DNA from: Gammaproteobacteria bacterium
GTDB lineage: Bacteria > Pseudomonadota > Gammaproteobacteria > Eutrophobiales > Eutrophobiaceae
Assembly (NCBI GenBank): GCA_965243205.1
Contig: CBDEUK010000002.1
Coordinates: 864,001-928,000, forward strand
Reading direction: 5' to 3'
DNA: 64,000 nucleotides
The position numbers and the translations under genes are program-made. The notes beneath the pieces were generated by a model. It was given only the letters and a program-made list of their open reading frames with translations, did no database searches and was not told where the DNA came from. Shown piece after piece: positions 1 to 10,022 of this stretch. Within the stretch, counting starts at the first letter, position 1. Every line of letters begins with the position of its first letter.

Positions 1-893
1 ACTAATTCAATTCGATCATAAATCGTTTCTAATTTAGTACTTTTATCAACGACATATTCAGGCGTGGTAATTTTTCCGCAATCATGTAACCAAGCTGCCA
101 CATCTAACTCATAAATTTCTTCATCCGTCATATTAAAATCTTTGAACGGTCCCTTATCAATATCACATACTGCTCTAGCTAACATATTCGTGATTACAGG
201 TACTCGTAAACAATGTTCACCAGTATGCGGAGATTTTTCATCAATAGCGACAGCGATTAATTTAATAAATGCATCAAAAAGATTTTTTTGTGATTCGAGT
301 AAATTTTTATTAGTGATAGCAACAGCTGCTTGAGAAGCAAGTGAACCAACTAATTGCTGATCTAAAACTGAAAACTCTTTTACCATATTCGTTTTACGAT
401 CGATTGCATTAATTAACTGTAATACGCCAATCACTTCGTCCTTATCTTTACATAAAGGTACTGTAAGAAATGATTGTGATCGATATGACATCTTACTGTC
501 GAATTTACGTGTGCCTGAAAAATCAAATTGCTCATCTTCATAGGCATCTTTAATATTTAATACCTCTGAATTAAGAGCGACACAGGCAGCCACGTTTACG
601 TAATTAGGTTTTTCATCTTCATCATAGAGTGGAATTGGATAAAACTGGATGGGTTTCGAACTTTTACCCCCTTGATGTAATTTCAAAGAGTGGTTATGCA
701 TGATCTCAAACATGAGTTCTTTATTCGTTTCATCCATGAGATATAAAGTCCCGCCATCTGCATTGGTAATATCCATTGCACGCAGTAAGATCATTTCCAT
801 TAAACGCTCATGATCCTTTTCTGCAGAGAGCGCGACACCAATATCACTCAACTCTTTGAGTAGTTTGGATATATCGACTTCAGAAATATCCAT
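1..893 (-). CDS. GAF + HD-GYP-type metal-dependent phosphohydrolase (putative cyclic di-nucleotide phosphodiesterase); runs off the window start
   Basis: Not in the ORF track. Hand translation from ATG 893 gives MDISEVDISKLLKELSDIGVALSAEKD...GGTLYL...SFLTVPL...IGVLQLIN (GAF), then AIDEKSPHTGEHCLRV...AAWLHDCGKITTPEYVVDK (HD domain). Confidence 0.85.
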   Translation of the reverse strand, partial: MDISEVDISKLLKELSDIGVALSAEKDHERLMEMILLRAMDITNADGGTLYLMDETNKELMFEIMHNHSLKLHQGGKSSKPIQFYPIPLYDEDEKPNYVNVAACVALNSEVLNIKDAYEDEQFDFSGTRKFDSKMSYRSQSFLTVPLCKDKDEVIGVLQLINAIDRKTNMVKEFSVLDQQLVGSLASQAAVAITNKNLLESQKNLFDAFIKLIAVAIDEKSPHTGEHCLRVPVITNMLARAVCDIDKGPFKDFNMTDEEIYELDVAAWLHDCGKITTPEYVVDKSTKLETIYDRIEL

Positions 894-901
894 AAAAAAT
901 A

Positions 902-2815
902 CTAACCTGCATCCATTTCGATGAAGAGTTTATTGAACCTTTGAACAAAGCCTGCAGGGTCATCTAGCTGCCCACCTTCACTTAGTAAAGCCTGGTCAAA
1001 TAAAATTTTTGACCATTCACCTAATTGCTCTTCCTTTTGTTCATCTTTTATTTTAAGCACAATAGGATGATCCGCATTAATCTCTAGTATCGGTTTTGTA
1101 CCAGGCCCCATCATTTTTTGACCTGAAGCTTTTAATATTCTCTCCAAGTTCAAGCCCATATCATTTTCATCCGCGACTAAACAAGCTGGAGACGTTGTTA
1201 AGCGATTCGTAATACGGACATCTTTCACTTTATCTTCAAGGATGTTTTTGATCTTATCGCAAAGCTCGATAACTTCCTTATCATCTTTTTTACTATCTTC
1301 ATTCTCAGAAGTATCTTTATCTTCTCCTAGATCCAGTTCTCCTTTTGTCACAGATTGTAATGGCTTACCATCAAACTCTGTTAGATGAGTTGTTACCCAT
1401 TCATCGACATGATCGGTTAAAAATAACACTTCGATATCTTTTTTTCTGAAAATTTCTAAATGTGGGCTGTTTTTAGCAGTCGCAAAACTTTCAGCAGTTA
1501 CGTAGAAGATTGCCTTTTGGTCATCTTTCATACGACTAACGTAATCTTCTAATGAAGTATTTTGTTCTTCCGTATCAGTATGAGTTGAAGCAAATCGGAA
1601 TAGCTTCGCAATATCTTCACGTTTTTCTGGCTCGTCGATCACACCTTCTTTGATCACCCGGCCGAATTCTTTCCAGAAATCTGCGTATTTTTCAGGCTCT
1701 TTTTTAGATAGTGAAGCTAATGTATCGAGAATTTTTTTTGTGCAGCCTGCACGCATCGAATCGATGGTTTTATTCTGCTGTAGAATTTCTCTAGAGACAT
1801 TCAAAGGCAAATCGTCTGAATCCACTACACCTTTTACAAAACGTAAAAAAGAAGGCAATAATTGCTTAGCATCATCCATGATAAAAATACGTTTCACATA
1901 AAGTTTAACGCCATGACTCTGTTCTCGATCCCACATATCAAACGGTGCACGTTTGGGAATAAATAATAGACTGGTGTATTCCGTTTTACCTTCAACTCGA
2001 TTATGGGTAAATGCTAATGGATCTTCATAATCATGAGCAATGTGTTTGTAAAATTCATTATATTCTTCTTCCTTAATATCGCGTTTATTCTTTGTCCATA
2101 ATGCGGTCGCACTGTTGATAACTTCGATTCCAGCTTCTTGCTCTTTACCATCTTCATCCTTAGTGACTTCTTTAGCCATCTCAATTGGCAATGAAATGTG
2201 ATCAGAATATTTTTTTATAATTTCACGTAGACGGTAACCGTTTAAAAACTCTTTATCTTCATCACGTAAAAATAATGTAATTCGAGTTCCTCGGTTAGGT
2301 CTATCGATAGTCTCAACCGTATAATCCCCTTTACCTTCTGAAGACCACTTAACGCCTTCGGCTCTTGGCAAACCCGCTTTTCGGGTCATGACTTCAACTC
2401 TATCAGCCACAATAAATGATGAGTAAAAACCAACACCGAATTGTCCAATCAGTTGAGCATCATGTTGCTGATCTCCAGTTAAGGCATCAAAAAACTGTTT
2501 AGTACCAGACTTGGCAATAGTGCCCAGATGCTCAATCACATCATCGCGTGACATACCGATACCATTATCTATCACGCTGAGAGTTTTTAGTTTTTCATCA
2601 AATTCAATGGTGATTTTTAAATCTGGATCGTTTTCGTAAAGCGAGTCATCTTTCAACGCTAAAAATCGTAATTTATCTGCAGCATCAGAAGCATTTGAAA
2701 TCAATTCACGTAAAAATATTTCTTTATTGCTGTATAGAGAATGGATCATCAAATCCAATAATTGAGTCACTTCGGTTTGAAAACCAAGCGTTTCCTGGTT
2801 CGAGTTTTCTGTCAT
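902..2815 (-). CDS. htpG: Molecular chaperone HtpG (Hsp90)
   Basis: FQTEVTQLLDLMIHSLYSNKEIFLRELISNASDA, IGQFGVGFYS, LPLNVSREILQ. Confidence 0.98.
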   Translation of the reverse strand: MTENSNQETLGFQTEVTQLLDLMIHSLYSNKEIFLRELISNASDAADKLRFLALKDDSLYENDPDLKITIEFDEKLKTLSVIDNGIGMSRDDVIEHLGTIAKSGTKQFFDALTGDQQHDAQLIGQFGVGFYSSFIVADRVEVMTRKAGLPRAEGVKWSSEGKGDYTVETIDRPNRGTRITLFLRDEDKEFLNGYRLREIIKKYSDHISLPIEMAKEVTKDEDGKEQEAGIEVINSATALWTKNKRDIKEEEYNEFYKHIAHDYEDPLAFTHNRVEGKTEYTSLLFIPKRAPFDMWDREQSHGVKLYVKRIFIMDDAKQLLPSFLRFVKGVVDSDDLPLNVSREILQQNKTIDSMRAGCTKKILDTLASLSKKEPEKYADFWKEFGRVIKEGVIDEPEKREDIAKLFRFASTHTDTEEQNTSLEDYVSRMKDDQKAIFYVTAESFATAKNSPHLEIFRKKDIEVLFLTDHVDEWVTTHLTEFDGKPLQSVTKGELDLGEDKDTSENEDSKKDDKEVIELCDKIKNILEDKVKDVRITNRLTTSPACLVADENDMGLNLERILKASGQKMMGPGTKPILEINADHPIVLKIKDEQKEEQLGEWSKILFDQALLSEGGQLDDPAGFVQRFNKLFIEMDAG

Positions 2816-3022
2816 TCTTTCCTCTTTATTGATACATATTTCGAAAATTATGGTGCGCTATTTTAGCCATTTTTTCCCCTATATAAAGCTTTGATTGCTA
2901 TAATTTTTCAAATTCACAACGGTTGCAGGGAAAATTACAATACTAATGACTACAAAATCTGTGTATTACCTTTATAATAAGTAAAAATATCATTTCTTCC
3001 TTCTTAAATTTATGAGTTGTCA

Positions 3023-3517
3023 ATGCGACCGGTAATTTTTCATAAACATGTATTTATTCTTTTTATCTTTACGGTATTAACCGCATGTAATTCTATTACA
3101 ACAAAAAACCATCTTAATAATGATGAAATAAATATCGTTTTAGAGCATCAGCAAAAAGCTGATGCCGCTTATGATGTAGAAAATTGGTCATTAGCCATAG
3201 AACATTATGAGGCATTAGTAAAACTCCACCCTAATAATGATTCTGTGTGGTTTCGATTGGGGAATTGTTATTCCCAAGCTAATAAAAATGAACAAGCATT
3301 ACTTGCTTACACAAAAGCCTATGAGATTGAGCCCAAGAATACCAAAGCTTGGCATAACAAAGGTACCTTGCAACTTAGAATGGCCACTGACACATTTGTT
3401 AAAATGCAAGAACATGCAACCGCAGAAGATCCTTATGCTAAACGCGGTCGTTATGTTGTGAGATCGATTCAAGATATTTTGCAAAAAGGTTTTGGAGTCT
3501 CTATTGATAATGAATAA
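3023..3517 (+). CDS. TPR-repeat lipoprotein
   Basis: Lipobox LTAC after a hydrophobic stretch; TPR motifs (WFRLGNCY, AWHNKG). ATG 3023 preferred over TTG 3017. Confidence 0.75.
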   Translation: MRPVIFHKHVFILFIFTVLTACNSITTKNHLNNDEINIVLEHQQKADAAYDVENWSLAIEHYEALVKLHPNNDSVWFRLGNCYSQANKNEQALLAYTKAYEIEPKNTKAWHNKGTLQLRMATDTFVKMQEHATAEDPYAKRGRYVVRSIQDILQKGFGVSIDNE

Positions 3518-4085
3518 AAATAATTCTCTTTATATCAATGCTCTTTTTTTTCTCATTATTTTAATCTTCGGTTGTGGAAACGACGATATAGAAAATAATA
3601 ATTCTAAAAAAATTATAAAGACAACAGATCCTACTATTGAGCAATTACGCGAGGCGTTCGCAAATGTTATTAAATTAAAAAATATTCAAATACCAAATAA
3701 TAATAATCAACAAATTCAAATAGAAAATAAGCATTATTTATTTGATGTTACGGAACACACTATTGAAGAACTAGAAGATCTACTATCACGTATCGCAGAA
3801 GTTACAGAAGCTTCACCTGAAGCATTTAATGATCTGGAAATTATTATGGTTTTACATGGCCCTGACATCGATTATTTTACTAAAAAAAATTATCTTGAGA
3901 ATAAATCTATTGTCGATTTAGCCGCTAAACTAGATGCCTTTAATACGATTGATATGAAAGTATGTAAAACGACTATGAATAGTTTAGGGTTTGAACTTAG
4001 TGAGCTACCTGAGTTTATTGAACCTGTTCCTTTCGCTCCAAAAACTATCAGTTCTTATAAAGAACAAGGTTATATTAATTTATAA
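3510..4085 (+). CDS. DsrE/DsrF-like putative lipoprotein
   Basis: Lipobox-like IFGC; IMVLHGPDI and MKVCKTTM resemble the DsrE fold with its conserved Cys; C-terminal GYINL. Overlaps the upstream stop. Confidence 0.6.
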   Translation: MNKNNSLYINALFFLIILIFGCGNDDIENNNSKKIIKTTDPTIEQLREAFANVIKLKNIQIPNNNNQQIQIENKHYLFDVTEHTIEELEDLLSRIAEVTEASPEAFNDLEIIMVLHGPDIDYFTKKNYLENKSIVDLAAKLDAFNTIDMKVCKTTMNSLGFELSELPEFIEPVPFAPKTISSYKEQGYINL

Positions 4086-4104
4086 ATAAATATTGAGTAT
4101 ATAG

Positions 4105-4650
4105 ATGGAAAAAAAACAAGAAAAATCATTAGAAATGACCATACTAATGACACCTGACATGGCAAATTTTGCTGGGAATGTTCATGGAGGTGCATTATTA
4201 AAATTATTAGACCAAGCTGCTTATGCCTGTGCGGCTCGATATAGTAAGTCATATGTAGTCACATTATCCCTTGACCAAGTTATTTTCAAAGAACCCATCA
4301 AAGTTGGAGAGTTAGTCACTGTCTTAGCAAATGTAAACTATGTTGGAAGGACCTCAATGGAGGTTGGTGTAAAAGTATTCTCTGAAAACTTACAAACCAA
4401 AGTAAGACGTCACACCAATTCAAGCTATTTCACTATGGTTGCTATTGGTGAGGATGGTAAAAAAGTAGAAGTACCACCGATTCAATTCGATACAGATATG
4501 GAAAAAAGACTCTATGAGTGCGCTAAAATGCGTCGCGAAATGCGCCAAGAGGTCATGCGTAAAAATTTAGAAATTACCAAAGGAACCGATGATGAAGATT
4601 CAGAAATGGATATTAATAACGATGATTTTAAAGACGAACATTTAATGTAA
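4105..4650 (+). CDS. Acyl-CoA thioesterase (hotdog fold, YciA-like)
   Basis: ANFAGNVHGGALLKLLD, VGRTSMEVGV. Confidence 0.9.
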   Translation: MEKKQEKSLEMTILMTPDMANFAGNVHGGALLKLLDQAAYACAARYSKSYVVTLSLDQVIFKEPIKVGELVTVLANVNYVGRTSMEVGVKVFSENLQTKVRRHTNSSYFTMVAIGEDGKKVEVPPIQFDTDMEKRLYECAKMRREMRQEVMRKNLEITKGTDDEDSEMDINNDDFKDEHLM

Positions 4651-4654
4651 TAGT

Positions 4655-5599
4655 TTATTTAAAATGTTCATGGCCTGAATAACTATTAACAACATTGCTA
4701 CCATCTTTATCAATTAAATTTAACCGATCACCTTTGGTAATTTTACCAATACAGGTGATCGGAATTTCCAAATCATGAGATATTTTCTCAATACTATTTT
4801 TTTTATTATCTGGAGCTGTGAAACACAGTTCATAATCATCGCCTGAAGCCAATGCATGTTTAATAGCATTATCTAAACTTGTTAGCTTCTGTAATTCATT
4901 GGAAAGAGGCAAGGAATCTAAATAAATATCTGCTCCAACTGTACTTAAATTCAATATCCGTTCTAAATCTAAAATTAAGCCATCTGAAATATCAATCATA
5001 CTATTTGCAATATCGACTAATGACTGACCTAACGCTACTCTTGGAGTTGGCTTAAATAATTTATCTTGTATTAACTTAGCATCTTCTAAATTCTTAATGC
5101 ATTCTAAAGCAAGGCCAGCATCACCAAGAAAACCACTGACATAAATATTGTCTCCGATAGTTGCACCAGTACGAAGAATACTTTTTCCAATTTCTGACAA
5201 TCCTAATACTGTAATTGAAATCGATAATGGACCTTTAGATAAATCACCACCAATTAAATCCACTGCGTATTGTTCTGATAACTCGAATAAACCTTTACTA
5301 AAAGCTTCTAGCCAAAGCTCAGAAATTTCAGGCATTGTAATTGACAATAAAAAAGCCTTAGGTATAGCAGCCATTGCTGCCATATCACTTAAATTTACCG
5401 CCAATGATTTATAAGCAATATCTTCTGGTTTTTGATCAGCAAAGAAATGTACATCAGAAACTAAGGTATCTACTGAGGTGGCTAATTGATATCCTGGTGG
5501 TACATCTAATACAGCGGCATCATCACCAATGCCTAAAATAGTTTCAGGTTGTTTAGTTTGAGATAAAAAATATTTTCGTATTATCTCGGATTCTTTCAT
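4655..5599 (-). CDS. thiL: Thiamine-monophosphate kinase
   Basis: GIGDDAAV, NLSDMAAM, IDISDGL, GDDYELCFT; follows nusB. Confidence 0.97.
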   Translation of the reverse strand: MKESEIIRKYFLSQTKQPETILGIGDDAAVLDVPPGYQLATSVDTLVSDVHFFADQKPEDIAYKSLAVNLSDMAAMAAIPKAFLLSITMPEISELWLEAFSKGLFELSEQYAVDLIGGDLSKGPLSISITVLGLSEIGKSILRTGATIGDNIYVSGFLGDAGLALECIKNLEDAKLIQDKLFKPTPRVALGQSLVDIANSMIDISDGLILDLERILNLSTVGADIYLDSLPLSNELQKLTSLDNAIKHALASGDDYELCFTAPDNKKNSIEKISHDLEIPITCIGKITKGDRLNLIDKDGSNVVNSYSGHEHFK

Positions 5600-5617
5600 T
5601 GAAACGAAAAAAAATCG

Positions 5618-6070
5618 CTATTGAGTAAAAGCTTGAATTTCTGTTGCGCGAATAGCTTGAGCCGCTTGGTCTATAATTTTATTAACATATTTATAAGAAT
5701 CTTCTGCGCCAAACATTTTTGCCAACTCAACATATTCATTAATCACGACACGCCAAGGTAATTCTGGGTGATAGAGTAATTCGTAAACTCCTAAATCCAA
5801 TATAGATAATTCTACTGGATCAATTTCATCTAATGGCCTATCAAGATAACTTTTATAGTTTTCACGTATGGTTTCAGTATTCTTTTTTACACCATGCAAA
5901 AGGCTTTCAAAATAGTTTATGTCAGCCTTATTAATTTCAGAACGTTCTTCTTTAAACTGCTTAATAACATCATGCATATCTACATCCGTCATATGCCATT
6001 GATAAATAGCTTGCATAGCATTACGCCGAGCTTTCACTTTTGCACGATTAGAAGACGTTTCACTCACCAC
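5618..6070 (-). CDS. nusB: Transcription antitermination factor NusB
   Basis: ARRNAMQAIYQW, VVINEYVELAKMFG; ribH-nusB-thiL order. Confidence 0.96.
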   Translation of the reverse strand: MVSETSSNRAKVKARRNAMQAIYQWHMTDVDMHDVIKQFKEERSEINKADINYFESLLHGVKKNTETIRENYKSYLDRPLDEIDPVELSILDLGVYELLYHPELPWRVVINEYVELAKMFGAEDSYKYVNKIIDQAAQAIRATEIQAFTQ

Positions 6071-6530
6071 GAATTTCCCTAACGACGTTGATCATTTCAA
6101 GCAATGTGGCCGCTGCTTCAGCTCCTTTATTACTTTCTTCTTGGCCAGAACGATCTAAAGCCTGGTCAGTTGTATCAACCGTTAATACTCCAAAAGCAAT
6201 AGGCAGATGATAATCAAGAGAAACCTGATTAACACCACGCGCACATTCAGTACAGATATAATCAAAATGTGGGGTCTCGCCACGAATCACTGCACCTAAC
6301 GTTATAATACCATCAAAGGTTTCTTGTTTTGCTAATGCATCTATAGCAATTGGGATTTCAAAAGCACCAGGAACTCTGACTAAAGTGATGTCATCAGAAG
6401 AAACATTATTTTCTTCCAATAATTGAATCGCGCCTTCGACTAATCGATCAACAATAAAACTATTATAGCGACTTGCAACAATAGCTATTTTTGCATTCGT
6501 AATTTCAGTTTTTTTATCTATTATTTTCAT
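6060..6530 (-). CDS. ribH: 6,7-dimethyl-8-ribityllumazine synthase
   Basis: VPGAFEIP, LGAVIRGETPHFDYI, NKGAEAA. Confidence 0.97.
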   Translation of the reverse strand: MKIIDKKTEITNAKIAIVASRYNSFIVDRLVEGAIQLLEENNVSSDDITLVRVPGAFEIPIAIDALAKQETFDGIITLGAVIRGETPHFDYICTECARGVNQVSLDYHLPIAFGVLTVDTTDQALDRSGQEESNKGAEAAATLLEMINVVREIRGE

Positions 6531-6541
6531 TCTTCAAATAT

Positions 6542-7657
6542 TTAATTTACATATTCAACAACTTCAAGATCAAATCCTGAAATTGCATGCATTTTTTTCG
6601 GAGCGCTTAATACACGCATTTTCTTTACCCCAAGGTCAGATAGGATTTGTGCCCCTAACCCATAAGTTCGCAAATCTTTTTGAGCTGATTGAGTATTTGA
6701 TGATTTATCAACGATCGTACTTTCATCGGCGTGGTAAGTAGAAATCTGATAAACCAAATCTTCAGTCGAAAATTGATTACATAAAATCAAAACTACCGCA
6801 TTTTTTTCTTTTGAAACACGTTTCAAAACATCTCTTAACAACCACCCTGTATCATTTCGAATACTGGAAGTTAAATCATGAACTGGATTACTAATATGCA
6901 CTCTAACTAAAATAGGATTATCAGGATCAATCTTTCCTTTTATCAAAGCATAATGTAGATCATTTTGAATAGTATCTTGAAAAGCAACGATATTAAATTC
7001 TCCAAATTCAGTTGGCATTGTATTATGCGCTACTCGTTTAATCGTTTTTTCATTAGCACTTCGAAAATGGATTAAATCCGCAATCGTACCTAATTTTAAT
7101 CCATGTTCTTTAGCAAAAATTTCTAAATCAGGTCTTCTTGCCATAGTTCCATCTTCTTTCAAGATTTCGACTATAACCGCATATGGGTCCAAACCGGCTA
7201 GTCTTGCTAAATCACAACCGGCTTCGGTATGACCAGCACGAGATAAGACTCCTCCAGGCAATGCCATAATTGGAAACACATGACCAGGTTGAACTAAGTC
7301 TGTCGGTTTAGCATTTTCTGCTACCGCTTTTTGAATAGTTAAGGCTCGATCAGCTGCCGATATTCCAGTTGTGACACCAGTAGCTGCTTCAATTGAAACA
7401 GTAAAGTTAGTAGAAGTATTCGAATGAGTATTACGCGCCATTAAAGGTAAATTTAACATCTGACAACGTTCACGAGTCAGTGTTAAACAAATTAATCCTC
7501 GACCATACTTTGCCATAAAGTTAATGGCATCCGCATCCACTGCCGATGCAGCCATTAATAAATCGCCTTCGTTTTCACGATCTTCATCATCCATAATAAC
7601 CACCATCTTACCTTGGCGAATATCTTCTATTATTTCTTCAGTTGTATTTAATTCCAT
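6542..7657 (-). CDS. ribB: DHBP synthase fused to a degenerate GTP cyclohydrolase II-like domain (RibBX type)
   Basis: DDEDRENEGD, RAGHTEA (RibB). C-terminal domain has DLRTYGLGAQIL but lacks the Zn-binding Cys residues. Confidence 0.9.
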   Translation of the reverse strand: MELNTTEEIIEDIRQGKMVVIMDDEDRENEGDLLMAASAVDADAINFMAKYGRGLICLTLTRERCQMLNLPLMARNTHSNTSTNFTVSIEAATGVTTGISAADRALTIQKAVAENAKPTDLVQPGHVFPIMALPGGVLSRAGHTEAGCDLARLAGLDPYAVIVEILKEDGTMARRPDLEIFAKEHGLKLGTIADLIHFRSANEKTIKRVAHNTMPTEFGEFNIVAFQDTIQNDLHYALIKGKIDPDNPILVRVHISNPVHDLTSSIRNDTGWLLRDVLKRVSKEKNAVVLILCNQFSTEDLVYQISTYHADESTIVDKSSNTQSAQKDLRTYGLGAQILSDLGVKKMRVLSAPKKMHAISGFDLEVVEYVN

Positions 7658-7658
7658 C

Positions 7659-8255
7659 TTATGAATCTTTTTGCATTAAACTTTCAATGTATCGAGCCAT
7701 CATATCGACTTCAATATTTACTTGAGTGCCAACATCGTAATCACTAAATAATGTCTTCACACTTGTATGTGGGATAATATTAACAGAAAAACTGTTATCT
7801 TGAACGGTATTCACTGTGAGGCTAACGCCATCAATACAAACAGAACCTTTAGCACAAATATACTTTATATATTTTTGATCAATACTTATCTCATAACGCC
7901 AACTGCGTCCATCAGCTTGTTTAGATATAATCTCGGCTACGGTATCAATATGACCAGTCACTAAATGACCATTAACTCGATCTGATAATTTTAAAGCCCT
8001 TTCTAAATTCACAGACTCATTCAATTCTAGAGAACCTAGATTACTACATGCTAATGTTTCATTTGAAACATCAAATGTAATATTTTTATTACTTATTTCA
8101 ATTGCTGTTAAACAAACACCATTTACTGAAATACTATCACCTATTTTTAAATCATTAAGTTCTAAAGTATTCACGTCGATAACAAAACGTTTATCACCCG
8201 CTTTATCTTGAACGTTTTTGATGACACCTGTTGTTTCAATTATACCGCTAAACAT
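7659..8255 (-). CDS. ribE: Riboflavin synthase (alpha chain)
   Basis: MFSGII, NGVCLT, VNLERAL, GHLVTGHID, DGVSLTVN (called ribC in E. coli nomenclature). Confidence 0.97.
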   Translation of the reverse strand: MFSGIIETTGVIKNVQDKAGDKRFVIDVNTLELNDLKIGDSISVNGVCLTAIEISNKNITFDVSNETLACSNLGSLELNESVNLERALKLSDRVNGHLVTGHIDTVAEIISKQADGRSWRYEISIDQKYIKYICAKGSVCIDGVSLTVNTVQDNSFSVNIIPHTSVKTLFSDYDVGTQVNIEVDMMARYIESLMQKDS

Positions 8256-8274
8256 AAAACTATATTCAATCTCT

Positions 8275-9372
8275 TTATGATAAAGTAAAAATCATTTTTT
8301 GATCGTTGCCGAAATATCGTTGTTCTTTTAACTGTAATTTTATACCTTCATCCATCGATAATAAATCAGGCAACGTTACTAAGTTTTTTGCTTTATTTCC
8401 TAATAAAATATTTGCTTGATAGACTATTAACTCATCCACTAAATTTTGTTCTATCATAGCTCCAGATAATTCAGAGCCTGCTTCGACTAATACTTCATTA
8501 ATTTCTTTATCTTCTGCCAACCACTTTAAAGTCGAGATAATATCAACTTTGCCGTTTTTCTCATCCATTGAAATGACTTCTATTCCTTTATCAATAAAAC
8601 TTTGTTTCTTTTCTTGATTTGAACTTGTAGTACAAATAACTACTTTTCCACCGATTGAAAATAATTTTGCGTCGATAGGTGTAGTTAAATCTGAGTCCAA
8701 TATCACTCGCAATGGTTGATAGTCTTTTAGCTGTTCTAATCTAACCGTCAATTGTGGATCATCTTTAATAACCGTATTAACACTGGTTAGAATAGCAGAG
8801 CTTTGTGCACGTAAATACTGTACATCTTTTCTGGATTGTTCAGAACTTATCCAACTACTGATACCATTACTTAATGCAATGTTGCCATCCAAACTCATCG
8901 CAAGTTTACAACGTACATAAGGCAAACCTTTTTTCATACGCTTGACAAAACCTGGATTCAATTTCTGTGCCTGTTGCTCTAATAAACCCGACATAGTTTG
9001 AATATTAGCTGCTTTTAACTTTGCTAAACCTTCACTATCAACCAAAGGATTAGGATCAAGCATTGCGACTATCACGGTTTTAACATTGCGTTCAATTAAA
9101 GCATTTGAGCATGGTGGCGTTTTACCTTGATGACTACAAGGCTCAAGTGTTATATACACAGTTGCATCTGTTAAATCTTCATCAGTATTATTTAATGCAA
9201 CGACTTCCGCATGTGGACCACCAGCATATGCATGCCAACCCTCACTAATAATTTGATTATTTTTCTCAATGACACATCCCACACGCGGATTCGGATGAGT
9301 ACTGTATAACCCATGTTTTGCCAATTGAATGGCTCTTGCCATAAAAGAATAATCTTGGGCTGACCAGTTCAT
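8275..9372 (-). CDS. ribD: Bifunctional riboflavin deaminase/reductase
   Basis: PNPRVGCV, HAE, TLEPCSHQGKTPPC, KLAMSLDG. Confidence 0.98.
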   Translation of the reverse strand: MNWSAQDYSFMARAIQLAKHGLYSTHPNPRVGCVIEKNNQIISEGWHAYAGGPHAEVVALNNTDEDLTDATVYITLEPCSHQGKTPPCSNALIERNVKTVIVAMLDPNPLVDSEGLAKLKAANIQTMSGLLEQQAQKLNPGFVKRMKKGLPYVRCKLAMSLDGNIALSNGISSWISSEQSRKDVQYLRAQSSAILTSVNTVIKDDPQLTVRLEQLKDYQPLRVILDSDLTTPIDAKLFSIGGKVVICTTSSNQEKKQSFIDKGIEVISMDEKNGKVDIISTLKWLAEDKEINEVLVEAGSELSGAMIEQNLVDELIVYQANILLGNKAKNLVTLPDLLSMDEGIKLQLKEQRYFGNDQKMIFTLS

Positions 9373-9407
9373 TTTAGTTAGATGATCCAGAGCACACTAA
9401 AAAGTGA

Positions 9408-9920
9408 TTATTTATCATCCGCTTCAGAAGGTAATAAATTCAACTGACTTTCTTTAATTTCAGGAGGTAATTCGTTTTCTAATCGTTCGATTTCATCGAG
9501 AAAAGCTCGTACGTTTTCAAACGATTGATAAACAGAAGCAAAGCGTACATAAGCAACTTGATCCATTGCTCTAAGTTGTTCCATCACCCAATCACCTACA
9601 GTACGTGAATTCACTTCACGTTCACCTTGTGCTCTTAGTTTGTGTTTAATGTGAGAAATAGCAACTTCAATTTTATCAATTTCAACTGGGCGCTTTTCTA
9701 AAGCACGATTAATTCCGCCACGTAATTTTTCTTCAATAAAAGGCTCACGCCGACCATCTGACTTTACAATTCTAGGATAGTTAAGTTCCGCAGTTTCATA
9801 ACTGGTAAAACGTTCTTTACATTGGATACATTCGCGACGACGACGTATTTGATCACCTTCACCAACGAGTCGTGAATCAATCACTCTTGTATCAAGTGCC
9901 GAACAAAATGGACAACGCAT
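9408..9920 (-). CDS. nrdR: Transcriptional repressor NrdR with a C-terminal extension
   Basis: MRCPFC, IRRRREC..C..RFTSYE, ATP-cone, [12 protein letters not shown]. Confidence 0.97.
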   Translation of the reverse strand: MRCPFCSALDTRVIDSRLVGEGDQIRRRRECIQCKERFTSYETAELNYPRIVKSDGRREPFIEEKLRGGINRALEKRPVEIDKIEVAISHIKHKLRAQGEREVNSRTVGDWVMEQLRAMDQVAYVRFASVYQSFENVRAFLDEIERLENELPPEIKESQLNLLPSEADDK

Positions 9921-9943
9921 GTCTTAACAGTCCTCTAAAAACT

Positions 9944-9973
9944 AAAATGGGGAAACACAAAGTGCTTCCCCAT
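9944..9973 (-). terminator. Probable intrinsic terminator or hairpin after glyA
   Basis: Minus strand ATGGGGAAGCAC-TTT-GTGTTTCCCCAT followed by TTT. Confidence 0.55.
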
Positions 9974-10022
9974 ATTCTAACGCAAATAAGCTTATATTAC
10001 TTAGTAGCTAAGCAATAAAAAC

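Noticed and set aside
142-333. 63-aa plus-strand ORF, and the many other short ORFs nested in or antisense to long genes (e.g. 29854-30384, 36708-37202, 59501-59914)
   Set aside because: Shadow frames of well-supported genes, with no motifs or RBS; this one overlaps the partial HD-GYP gene.
2816-2940. Sigma32 promoter for htpG
   Set aside because: TTGAAA is present on the minus strand, but there is no CCCCAT-like -10 at the right spacing.
9373-10022. FMN riboswitch upstream of the rib genes
   Set aside because: The intergenic gaps are short and lack the RFN conserved AGGGCGGGG/AGTCCG elements.
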